From the NCBI GenBank assembly GCA_013203315.1, contig JABMQJ010000004.1:1-39938 (forward strand): 39,938 bases of DNA, given 5' to 3'. The stretch is from Candidatus Omnitrophota bacterium. GTDB lineage: Bacteria > Omnitrophota > Gorgyraeia > JABMRN01 > RBG-13-46-9. Both the position numbers and the translations under genes were made by a program. The number at the start of each line of letters is the position of its first letter. Position 1 is the first letter of the stretch. Shown piece after piece: positions 25,820-34,123 of this stretch. Below the pieces are notes generated by a model. That model worked only from the letters and a program-made list of their open reading frames with translations. It was not told where the DNA came from and made no database searches.

Positions 25820-27169
25820 TCATATAATTATAGCATTGTCAATATCTGGGCATGCATTAAAGCGGGCAAAAGCGGTATTTCCATCACGGTCTACGTTTGT
25901 TATTTTAACCGGCACCAATTCATTTTTGATTTTGTCCGGGCCTTCGCCAGAAACGCGAATGTACCTATCTGTGTACCCGGTTAGAAGCCCTGTAGTTTTA
26001 TGCCTGGTGTCTTCTATAATCACATTCTCATTCTTGCCGATAAAGCGCTTTGCAAATTCAAGCGAAAGCTTCCTGCCAAACTCAGTCACGATCTTTACGC
26101 GCCCGGCTAGCTCCTTCTCACCCAAACCATCCTCAAGCTTTGCCGCAAGAGTGCCTTCTCTTTTCGAATAAGGAAAAACATGCATCCTGGAAGGCCTTAT
26201 GTCTTCGATAAATTTGAGTGTTTTGCGAAAGCTTCGATCATCTTCTCCCGGAAAACCAAGCAGTACATCCGTAGTGATGGCCGCATCCGGAATAGCTTCT
26301 CTTATCCTTTTTATTATTTGCCTAAATCCTTTCACCGTGTAGGGCCTATTCATAAGTTTAAGAATCCTGTCGTCCCCTGACTGTAACGGCATGTGCAGGT
26401 GTTTGCATAGTTTTTCTTCATTTTTCATAAGAGTAACAATATCTTCGGTAACATATAAGGGTTCGATCGAACTTAAGCGGATTCGAAACCTTCTGGGAAT
26501 AGCGGAAATTTCTTTTATTAATTCTGTCAGCATTACCATCTTTCCATCTCTTCCCCATGCCCCCAGACAGATACCTGTTAAAACAATTTCCTTGAAACCC
26601 GCTGTCACGAGATGTTCGGCTTCACTTCTAATTTCTTCGGTGCTCCTGCTCCTTGAATGACCGCGCACAAGGCTTACTTTGCAATAGGAACATCTGTGGT
26701 TGCACCCGTCCTGGACTTTGATGAATGCCCGGTTCCTGTTCTTAAAGTTTGTGATTTTTAATTTGTAATTTGGAATTTGTTCGTGATTTGTAATTTGGAA
26801 TTTGGAATTCAGGACTAAGAGCTTGGCAATTTCTCGCTTTTTATCATTCCGCACCAGGTGCGTAACCCCGGGAATGTTTTCTAAAAAACTGCGGTCCTTG
26901 TCTAATTCCGCGTAGCAACCCACTATCGCTATTTTTCCTTCAGGGTTTATCCTGTGAAAGTGCCGGATGAGATTACGCGTTTCTTTATCGGCTTTTTGCG
27001 TGACGGTGCATGAATTAATAATGTAAAAATCGCAGGGCTCCCTATCGGTTTTTTCAAGGAATCCGTTCCGGGTTAAATCCTCGCGCATGGCCTGGCTCTC
27101 ATATTGATTGACCTTGCAACCGAGGGTCTTAATAAAAAAAGTGGGAGGCTTCCTATGTAGAAAGTTCAT
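25820..27169 (-). CDS. mtaB: tRNA t6A37 methylthiotransferase
   Basis: TLGCKVNQYES, NSCTVT, VQDGCNHRCSYC radical SAM motif, RIRLSSIEP, HVFPYS; follows rsmE. Confidence 0.95.
   Translation of the reverse strand: MNFLHRKPPTFFIKTLGCKVNQYESQAMREDLTRNGFLEKTDREPCDFYIINSCTVTQKADKETRNLIRHFHRINPEGKIAIVGCYAELDKDRSFLENIPGVTHLVRNDKKREIAKLLVLNSKFQITNHEQIPNYKLKITNFKNRNRAFIKVQDGCNHRCSYCKVSLVRGHSRSRSTEEIRSEAEHLVTAGFKEIVLTGICLGAWGRDGKMVMLTELIKEISAIPRRFRIRLSSIEPLYVTEDIVTLMKNEEKLCKHLHMPLQSGDDRILKLMNRPYTVKGFRQIIKRIREAIPDAAITTDVLLGFPGEDDRSFRKTLKFIEDIRPSRMHVFPYSKREGTLAAKLEDGLGEKELAGRVKIVTEFGRKLSLEFAKRFIGKNENVIIEDTRHKTTGLLTGYTDRYIRVSGEGPDKIKNELVPVKITNVDRDGNTAFARFNACPDIDNAIII
26748..26809. repeat. degenerate heptamer tandem repeat inside mtaB
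   Basis: Minus strand units AAATTCC/AAATTAC/AAATCAC encoding NSKFQITNHEQIPNYKLKITN. Confidence 0.7.
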
Positions 27170-27887
27170 GATTTAAAACCGAAAGAATATAAAGGCCGGC
27201 TGTGTCGCTTTTTAAAACCCTTTTACCTAGTGATGTAAATTTACAGTTCGTATTGTCTTTTGCCATTTCAATTTCATCAGGCGTAAAATCACCTTCGGGG
27301 CCGATAAATACAATAATTTTTCCTGCATGAAAATCTGAAAGCGCCTCTTTGAAAGAAATTGTTTCTTCGGAAAGACACGCCATAAGTGCAAGGTCAAAAT
27401 TATTGACCTTGTCTACGGCATTATAAAATTTTTGGATATTTTTTATTTCGGGAACGTCGGTCCTGCCACATTGCTTGGCAGCGGCTTCCGCAATTCTTTC
27501 CCATCTCGTAATTTTATTATCCGATCTTTCTTCCGGGACTTTCACAACCGTTCTTTCGCTTATGATCGGTATTATGTTTTGCACTCCAAGCTCTGTCGCT
27601 TTTTCAATAATGTAATCCATTTTCTCTTTTTTGGGTATGGACTGTGCAAGCGTAATCTCGAGAGTCCTTTCGTGCTTAGGGGTCCGGGTGCTAACAATTT
27701 CCACGATAAGCGATTTCGATTTTACCTCTTTTATGAAGCCGGTATATTCGTTGCCCGTACCGTCGAAAACTACGACCTTATCCCCTTCTTTCATGCGCAT
27801 CACGGTTAGAATATGCCTTGCCTCAGGTCCGTCTACATAAATCAACTCTTCCCGGACGTTTTCTTTTGGCACAAAAAATCTAGACAC
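27153..27887 (-). CDS. rsmE: 16S rRNA m3U1498 methyltransferase
   Basis: H...VMR, EKATELGV, AAKQCGR, IGPEGDF, LGKRVLKSDTA. Confidence 0.96.
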   Translation of the reverse strand: MSRFFVPKENVREELIYVDGPEARHILTVMRMKEGDKVVVFDGTGNEYTGFIKEVKSKSLIVEIVSTRTPKHERTLEITLAQSIPKKEKMDYIIEKATELGVQNIIPIISERTVVKVPEERSDNKITRWERIAEAAAKQCGRTDVPEIKNIQKFYNAVDKVNNFDLALMACLSEETISFKEALSDFHAGKIIVFIGPEGDFTPDEIEMAKDNTNCKFTSLGKRVLKSDTAGLYILSVLNHELST

Positions 27888-27888
27888 T

Positions 27889-28440
27889 TTATTTCTCCTT
27901 CTCGCCGAACACTAGAGCTGTAAAGATATAAATATCACACTCTCCTTTTTTCCAGGCATCAGGAGGCATGCCTGCTTTCTGGCCACAAAGTGAATTCATA
28001 AATTGCTCACGACTCCATCCTGCCTCAATCGCAACCTGCGGCAGGTACACGCCGCTTCTAAATCCGTTTTTTACCAAAACTCCATGCGTTCCTGTTTCTA
28101 TTTTTTCCGGATCATCAATCTTTTCCATCGGAGAAAGAGCCGATATCTCGATGTCAATGTCTTTTAATTCTTCAAGCGTCACCGGCCTGAATCGCGGATC
28201 CCCTGTCGCGGCCTCCACTGCCATGTCACGCACCGTAAGATAAAAAGGCCCGTGGCCCTGTAGATTTCCGATACATCCTCTAAGCTGACCACGCTCATGA
28301 AGCGTTACAAATGCGCCCATTTCCGCATTTAATACTGAGTCGCTTTCTTTTATGTCTAATCGTTTTCCTGTTTCTAAATAATGCGTGATTGAATCTCTTG
28401 CTAATTTAAGTAGCTTGGTTTTTTGTTCACTATTTAACAT
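27889..28440 (-). CDS. amrA: AmmeMemoRadiSam system protein A (AMMECR1 domain; start MLNSEQ)
   Basis: GAFVTL, LRGCIG, DPRF, YLPQVA, KAG. Confidence 0.92.
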   Translation of the reverse strand: MLNSEQKTKLLKLARDSITHYLETGKRLDIKESDSVLNAEMGAFVTLHERGQLRGCIGNLQGHGPFYLTVRDMAVEAATGDPRFRPVTLEELKDIDIEISALSPMEKIDDPEKIETGTHGVLVKNGFRSGVYLPQVAIEAGWSREQFMNSLCGQKAGMPPDAWKKGECDIYIFTALVFGEKEK

Positions 28441-28488
28441 GTTTTTTGGTTTTAGAAGACCCTTCGGCGATGGAATTTGCCCTTCGTC

Positions 28489-28523
28489 AATGCAAATTGC
28501 TCCTTTTTGTCGCAATTTGCGTT
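28489..28523. terminator. hairpin downstream of tRNA-Ala
   Basis: AATGCAAATTGC-11 nt-GCAATTTGCGTT inverted repeat. Confidence 0.4.
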
Positions 28524-28554
28524 TTCCTCTGGACAAATTTCGCTTCGCGAAATC

Positions 28555-28630
28555 TGGTGGACCGAAGCGGAGTCGAACCGCTGACCTCCTCGTTGCGAAC
28601 GAGGCGTTCTCCCAACTGAACTACCGGCCC
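28555..28630 (-). tRNA. tRNA-Ala(CGC)
   Basis: 76-nt cloverleaf; CCTCG-TT-CGC-AA-CGAGG anticodon arm; G3:U70 pair; GGTTCGACTCC T-arm; encoded ACCA end. Confidence 0.97.
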
Positions 28631-30591
28631 GAAATTTTTGTAGACGCCTCCCGAGGACTCTGGCAAATACGATTCTTCCCTTCGCGTTTGGCTTCATAAA
28701 GCGCTTCGTCGGCTTTCTTTATCAGTAATTCCTTTTCGATGCCCGGTCCGTAACCGCTAATGCCTATGCTTACCGTAACCTTAAATTGCGCTCTATCCGA
28801 AATTCCGGATTTGAGAATTTCTTTTACCTTATCAGCTTTTGAAAATTCTTCCTCTATGCTGCGCCTTATCCTTTTGGCTGCTATGAGCGCCTTTTTGGTG
28901 TCGGTTTCGGGAAGAAGGGCGCTAAATTCCTCTCCCCCGTAGCGTGCGGCGATATCAACCTTTCTTAAGCTTGATTTTATTATATGCGCAATTCTTCGCA
29001 ATACTTCGTTACCCACCTGGTGGCCGAAGATATCGTTTATGTTTTTAAAATCGTCTATATCCATCATGAGGAGAGAAAGCGGTCTCTTATAACGCTTACT
29101 CCTTTCCAGCTCCTCTTCGATGCGCGACTGGAAATAATTATACCTGTAAAGCTTTGTAAGATCGTCTTCTATGGCATGAGTAAAAAGCCTTGCTTTATCA
29201 AGGCAAATGCTCACTTCTCTACCGAAAGCATTCAAAACATCCACATCTTCTTTGCTGTAGTCGGCATGATTTTCTTTATCGCCCAAATTCAGGAAACCTA
29301 CCATGTCGTTACTGCAATATAACGGCATACTATAATGCAAGGGTATGCTAAGCCTTACATTAACCTTGTTAAACACCTTTCTTATTTTATCCAGATTGTA
29401 GTCCTCGGCAAAGTCTTTGCTCTCACCTGATACAAAAATGTTTCCTTCCTTCAAAAAATTGATGAACGGGCTTGCGGGAGAAATGCTGTCCGCCCCCCGC
29501 AAGTCTACAGACTCGTTTCCTTTGTATATGACCATCTTAAATTTCGAGGTTTCCTCGTCTATTAAATAAAGCGAGGCACACTCTACGCCGATTACATTTT
29601 TAAGAGAGCCCACTATAAAAGACAAAAGAGCCTTTAGGTCTTTTTCCGTGTTGAGCATGGCGTTAAATTCTTCTAAGAACTTATAATAATCGAGTCTTTT
29701 TTCATATACAACGCGGTCGGCGAGCTTGTTTAGCTTGAACATGTCCCCGTAATGCAACGCAAATAAAAGGCACAGTAGAATAATGCAGCCTGAGAGCATT
29801 GAAGAGACAAGGTATTCAATTCCCACTACCCCGTGCAGAATGTACACAAGGCATATGTGTAAAAGTATGACAGCTAAAGCCCCATACGCGAAAACAACCA
29901 TTTTATTAATGACGACGCTGATCTCGGAAACATGGTATTTCGATACGATATAGGTTACAAGCCCGAGATAAGGAATGACAAAAAATAAGGTGACCGGAGA
30001 AAATGTAATTCTATATGTCGCCAGAAAGAAATCAAGCGGTGCGAGAATTCCTAGCAGCATGCCCCAAAAAAGCCACAGCCTCTGGTTTCTCTTGAAACTT
30101 AGATACTTCTTTTTGGAATAGAGAAGATAATAAAAACCGCAACCGATGAATCCTACGAAAATCAGCGCAAAGGCGTGGAAAAGAATTCCCGGCACGATAG
30201 TATATCTGAAATGCATGCCGCTGGCTACGTTTTTTATAAATTCCTGCGGTAAGGCAAAGGACGATGCAAAGATTAAGAAGAAAATTATATATATTCTTGC
30301 TATGATCTGTTTTTTAAATACTTCCCTATCAGAATAGATCGAAAGAAAATGCAGAAAAACCGGAGCCATGAAAATGAGCGCGCAAAGCGAGACGCGAAAC
30401 CAATACGTGGTTAGAGTCGTCGCCGGGTCAAGCGCTTTAAACAGAGAAAAACTCCATATGCAGAATAATATGTTATAGACAAGCCATACGGCATTCTGCG
30501 TTTTCTTTTGCCTCGCAAGATAAACGAATGCTCCTACAAGAAGTGTTGCAACGGCATTCACGACTAATATGGTTGATGTAAGGTTTGGCAT
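28621..30591 (-). CDS. membrane sensor diguanylate cyclase (multi-TM, GAF-like, GGDEF)
   Basis: N-terminal TM bundle, GAF-like segment, GGEEF with RKVD I-site. Confidence 0.93.
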   Translation of the reverse strand: MPNLTSTILVVNAVATLLVGAFVYLARQKKTQNAVWLVYNILFCIWSFSLFKALDPATTLTTYWFRVSLCALIFMAPVFLHFLSIYSDREVFKKQIIARIYIIFFLIFASSFALPQEFIKNVASGMHFRYTIVPGILFHAFALIFVGFIGCGFYYLLYSKKKYLSFKRNQRLWLFWGMLLGILAPLDFFLATYRITFSPVTLFFVIPYLGLVTYIVSKYHVSEISVVINKMVVFAYGALAVILLHICLVYILHGVVGIEYLVSSMLSGCIILLCLLFALHYGDMFKLNKLADRVVYEKRLDYYKFLEEFNAMLNTEKDLKALLSFIVGSLKNVIGVECASLYLIDEETSKFKMVIYKGNESVDLRGADSISPASPFINFLKEGNIFVSGESKDFAEDYNLDKIRKVFNKVNVRLSIPLHYSMPLYCSNDMVGFLNLGDKENHADYSKEDVDVLNAFGREVSICLDKARLFTHAIEDDLTKLYRYNYFQSRIEEELERSKRYKRPLSLLMMDIDDFKNINDIFGHQVGNEVLRRIAHIIKSSLRKVDIAARYGGEEFSALLPETDTKKALIAAKRIRRSIEEEFSKADKVKEILKSGISDRAQFKVTVSIGISGYGPGIEKELLIKKADEALYEAKREGKNRICQSPREASTKISGR

Positions 30592-30612
30592 AGTAAAAAA
30601 TTACTCCTTATG

Positions 30613-31518
30613 CTAATTAAAAATCTCGATTGCCGTCTTTATGGTATTGAACTGGATATCGACAGTATCTTCCCTCCGCGCGGCATAACCGCCGGCCAAA
30701 ACCACGGCCACCGGAACCTGGTAGTTTTTAGCCGTGTCATAAATAAAGAAGTCTCTTTTCTTAAGCCCTTCTTTTGTTAATGCGAGATTCCCTATCTGGT
30801 CGTTTTCATAAGGGTCGGCCCCTGCTACATACATGACAAGCTGCGGTTTGAAATCGGACAATATTTTTGGGATGTTCTCTTCTAAACGCATCAAGTATTC
30901 CTTATCTTTCGTTTTGTCGACAAGGCCAATGTCCATATCACTCTTCGGCTTATAGAAGGGGTAGCTATTCTCCTGGTGTATTGAAAACGTAAAAACCCTA
31001 TCCTCGTTGCCGAATATAGCCGCTGTGCCGTTTCCCTGATGCAAATCGCAATCAATTATAAGCGCTTTTTTAATACGCTTCTTTCCTATGGCTTTCTTAA
31101 CCGCAACCGCAATATCATTCAGAACACAAAACCCCTCTCCATGATCCGCAAAGGCATGATGAAATCCGCCTCCTAAATGTATTCCTATTCCGTCATCCAG
31201 GGCAGCCCATACGGCGCTTATAGTCCCTCCGCAACACAGCCTGGCCCCTTTTGCTAATTCTTTTGAATACGGCAGCTCCAGCGTAAGAATTTCTTGCGCG
31301 GACAATTTTCCGTATTTCAGCTTATCAAGATATTCGGCGGTATGGGCGCGCAAAAGGTCTTCATCCTGCGCTTCCTTCGGTTCAACAAAAAGAATTTTAT
31401 TCACAACACTTAAGTCGTTCGAAAGCCTATTTTTTATGAGCTTGTATTTTACCGTAGGAAATACGTGCGCACCAATATCAATATAATATTCGTCCGAGTA
31501 GACGATCTTCGTCTTCAC
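30613..31518 (-). CDS. histone deacetylase family protein
   Basis: HVFP..KY, GGFHHA, GFC, DCDLHQGNGT, GAD, GGY. Confidence 0.95.
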   Translation of the reverse strand: MKTKIVYSDEYYIDIGAHVFPTVKYKLIKNRLSNDLSVVNKILFVEPKEAQDEDLLRAHTAEYLDKLKYGKLSAQEILTLELPYSKELAKGARLCCGGTISAVWAALDDGIGIHLGGGFHHAFADHGEGFCVLNDIAVAVKKAIGKKRIKKALIIDCDLHQGNGTAAIFGNEDRVFTFSIHQENSYPFYKPKSDMDIGLVDKTKDKEYLMRLEENIPKILSDFKPQLVMYVAGADPYENDQIGNLALTKEGLKKRDFFIYDTAKNYQVPVAVVLAGGYAARREDTVDIQFNTIKTAIEIFN

Positions 31519-31557
31519 GTTATAGCTTGCCCTTATTGACTATCGACTAACGACTGA

Positions 31558-31827
31558 CTATGTCAGCTCGTTGATCATGCCTGTGACAGCATCTGTAATA
31601 AGTTCCCAGTCTTCCTGAGAATGTATGGCGAATTTTTGTTTTCTCTTCCACTTATCATCTCTTTTTTGCCATAAGTAAAAGCAAATCTGTTTTCTGCCAT
31701 AGCTTTCAAGAAGAACTACAGCTGACCACCAACCAAACCGCTTGTTGATCGTTTTATGCTCGATAACCTTAAGCGGCGCTATGATCGGAACGCTCTCGCT
31801 CTCTCGTCTCGTTGGCCTATCCATCAT
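31558..31827 (-). CDS. hypothetical protein
   Basis: ORF track; AGGAGG RBS; operon context. Confidence 0.75.
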   Translation of the reverse strand: MMDRPTRRESESVPIIAPLKVIEHKTINKRFGWWSAVVLLESYGRKQICFYLWQKRDDKWKRKQKFAIHSQEDWELITDAVTGMINELT

Positions 31828-31868
31828 TACCTCCTTCTTTTTTTAAATTTGAGATTTCTATTTGTAAT

Positions 31869-32072
31869 TTACTTTCTTAAACTGACTTTAAAATTAGGCG
31901 CCTCCCCAACCAACACCATGTGCCCTTCCCTCGCAAGCCATCCCAGGCTCATAAGAACAATATCTCGGGGCTTGTCGAGTGATTTCAAAATATCTTCGAG
32001 GTTCGCTGTTTCATTATTACTCTCGAGATAATGCCAAATCTCGCCGGCAGTTATTCCTATTTCGGTAATCAT
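31869..32072 (-). CDS. winged-helix DUF2582-like protein
   Basis: IGITAGEIWHYL...LGWLAREG signature. Confidence 0.88.
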   Translation of the reverse strand: MITEIGITAGEIWHYLESNNETANLEDILKSLDKPRDIVLMSLGWLAREGHMVLVGEAPNFKVSLRK

Positions 32073-32308
32073 AAATTACGCACCCCTTTCTTATTAATGC
32101 TCTTGCACCGCGGGCACCTGGCAAAATCTTCGTCTTTTTGGCCGAGGTACACGTATTTACAGACTGAGCATTGCCATACATTTTTCCTGCCTATCTTAAA
32201 AGCGGTAAATCGCGTCTTTCGCTCCATCCATATCCAAAGCGCAAATGTAACTATAACCGTACAAAACAAATAAATAAAAAGTGCTATTGAAATATCGAGC
32301 TTTATCAT
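32069..32308 (-). CDS. small membrane zinc-ribbon protein
   Basis: TM helix then CSVC...CPRC. Confidence 0.8.
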   Translation of the reverse strand: MIKLDISIALFIYLFCTVIVTFALWIWMERKTRFTAFKIGRKNVWQCSVCKYVYLGQKDEDFARCPRCKSINKKGVRNL

Positions 32309-32310
32309 TC

Positions 32311-33024
32311 TTATCTAACATCCACTTTTAATGCTACAACCCCCCATGTGGATTCATCTTTTTCGAGTTTACTCAAGGGAGAAAACCTCCATCTCTTAAC
32401 AAACCTAATCGCCTGTAGGTCAACTTCCGGATACCCGCTTGAGATAACAGGGTTTACGTCATACACGATTCCGTTGCCGGATACAAAAAATTTCAATTTA
32501 ACAAGGTGTTCATCAGTATCGTTGTAAAGTCCTCGCGGAATCGTGAGGCCTTTCGGTTTAAAAATAATTTCTCTTTCTCCGGCAGGGCCCTCTACTTTTT
32601 GCGAGAGATCTGTTTTTCTAACCTTATCGGGTTCGGTATATATCATCCGTATGTCTTCTGAAAAATACACCGGAACCTCTTTGGTATCTTTTACGTAACC
32701 ATGCAAAGAAAATGCGAATCTATCACGAATAGGGCCCGAGGTAAATTCTTTCAAGGTTTTTCTTTCCGGGCCTTCCGGCTTCAAATACACCTTGTCCGTG
32801 AAAACTGTTGACCGCGCATAAAGCGTCTCGGCTTGCGGTGTTACCTCCTCAACCATGATGTCGAATGCTGTTTTTTCAAGTATCGGGCCGAGAAAACTTA
32901 CTTCCTGGTATACGTTACTTGTCTGGATACTCGGAGTTATTATAATACCGATTACGCAGATCCAAAAAAAATGCCACACCGATGAAAATAGAATTGATAA
33001 ATTAAATTCCTTATTCCTAAACAC
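32311..33024 (-). CDS. TonB-like energy transducer (C-terminal TonB domain)
   Basis: N-terminal TM with S...H; C-terminal SSG...D..A......WRF; follows exbD. Confidence 0.8.
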   Translation of the reverse strand: MFRNKEFNLSILFSSVWHFFWICVIGIIITPSIQTSNVYQEVSFLGPILEKTAFDIMVEEVTPQAETLYARSTVFTDKVYLKPEGPERKTLKEFTSGPIRDRFAFSLHGYVKDTKEVPVYFSEDIRMIYTEPDKVRKTDLSQKVEGPAGEREIIFKPKGLTIPRGLYNDTDEHLVKLKFFVSGNGIVYDVNPVISSGYPEVDLQAIRFVKRWRFSPLSKLEKDESTWGVVALKVDVR

Positions 33025-33027
33025 CGA

Positions 33028-33426
33028 TTACCTCTTCTGGGTAGTGGCAATATTTATTTTCTGTACACCTTCTGTCCGGCATAAATCCCATATCTCGACA
33101 ACCTTGCCGAGAGATGCTTTCCTGTCAGCCTTTATCAGAATCGGCTTTTCCTCTTTTGCGGCAATTCCCATGCGCGAAGTAAGCTCTTCGGAATCGATGC
33201 GCCTTTCGTTTATATAAATAGAATTATCCGCAGTTACTATGATTATAAGGTTCTCTCTTTGAATAACTTCACTTGTAAGCGCCTTGGGAAGATTGATTTT
33301 TATTCCGGGTTGAAAAATGAAGCTCGAGGTTAGCATAAAAAATATCAAAAGTAAAAATACTATATCTATTAGCGGCGCAATATCGAGACGGCCTGTTTCT
33401 AAAAACACCTTTCTTTTAAATTTCAT
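33028..33426 (-). CDS. exbD: biopolymer transporter ExbD/TolR
   Basis: PLIDIVFLLLIFFM, INLP, IKAD. Confidence 0.93.
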   Translation of the reverse strand: MKFKRKVFLETGRLDIAPLIDIVFLLLIFFMLTSSFIFQPGIKINLPKALTSEVIQRENLIIIVTADNSIYINERRIDSEELTSRMGIAAKEEKPILIKADRKASLGKVVEIWDLCRTEGVQKINIATTQKR

Positions 33427-34049
33427 TACACGCCTCTTTGATCGGACAATAGATTTACAAGTTCCGTGGCACTTTTTTCCATAACCACCACAAAATTATC
33501 TACCCTGCTTACTAAATAATTATAAGCCACGTAAGTCGGGATTGCGACCGAAAGGCCCGCAACAGTCGTAATGAGCGCTTCCCATATTCCGCCGGCAAGA
33601 TCGCCCGGATTTACGGGGACCATGCTCGTCGCCTTTACTTCTATAACCTGAAAAGCCTTGAGCATCCCCACGACTGTCCCGAGAAGCCCCAAAAGCGGCG
33701 CGATGTGCGCAATAGTGGCAAGAACACCGAGATTTTTTTCAAGAAGCGGGGTTTCGTGGATACCTGCGTCCTCGATTGCTTCTTTTATATCTGCGCGGGG
33801 TTTGTCGTATTTCATTACGCCTGACTTTAGTATGCGCGCGATCGGCCCCCTTGTTGTGTTACACATATCCACTGCTTCCATCACCTTATTGCTCTTTACC
33901 TTGTTCGATATCTCCTGCATAAATTTTGAGGTATCGATCTTGGCATTTCTCAGATACCACATTCTTTCAATAAAAACCGCAAATGCCATTATTGAACATA
34001 AAATAATCAGCCCCATTATGGGTCCGCCCTTAGAAATAAATTCCCACAT
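33426..34049 (-). CDS. exbB: MotA/TolQ/ExbB proton channel
   Basis: APLLGLLGTV.GM, GIWEALITTVAGL. Confidence 0.93.
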   Translation of the reverse strand: MWEFISKGGPIMGLIILCSIMAFAVFIERMWYLRNAKIDTSKFMQEISNKVKSNKVMEAVDMCNTTRGPIARILKSGVMKYDKPRADIKEAIEDAGIHETPLLEKNLGVLATIAHIAPLLGLLGTVVGMLKAFQVIEVKATSMVPVNPGDLAGGIWEALITTVAGLSVAIPTYVAYNYLVSRVDNFVVVMEKSATELVNLLSDQRGV

Positions 34050-34066
34050 CTTTACCTCCGATTTTT

Positions 34067-34122
34067 GTACTCAAAAATCGTCCCGAATCCCGCCTCGCGG
34101 GACGAGGGGCAATTTTTCGTAC
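34067..34122. repeat. intergenic bulged palindrome
   Basis: GTAC..AAAAATCGTCCC-gaa-TCCCGC-ctc-GCGGGA-cga-GGGGCAATTTTT.GTAC. Confidence 0.55.
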
Positions 34123-34123
34123 G

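Noticed and set aside
28441-28699. N-terminal extension of amrA and short ORFs 28385-28699 / 28452-28697
   Set aside because: They run across tRNA-Ala and its downstream hairpins; AMMECR1-like sequence starts at MLNSEQ (28440).
12243-30591. c-di-GMP genes (two diguanylate cyclases, PilZ) as one novel system
   Set aside because: They are dispersed among housekeeping genes and are common domain types; nothing links them.
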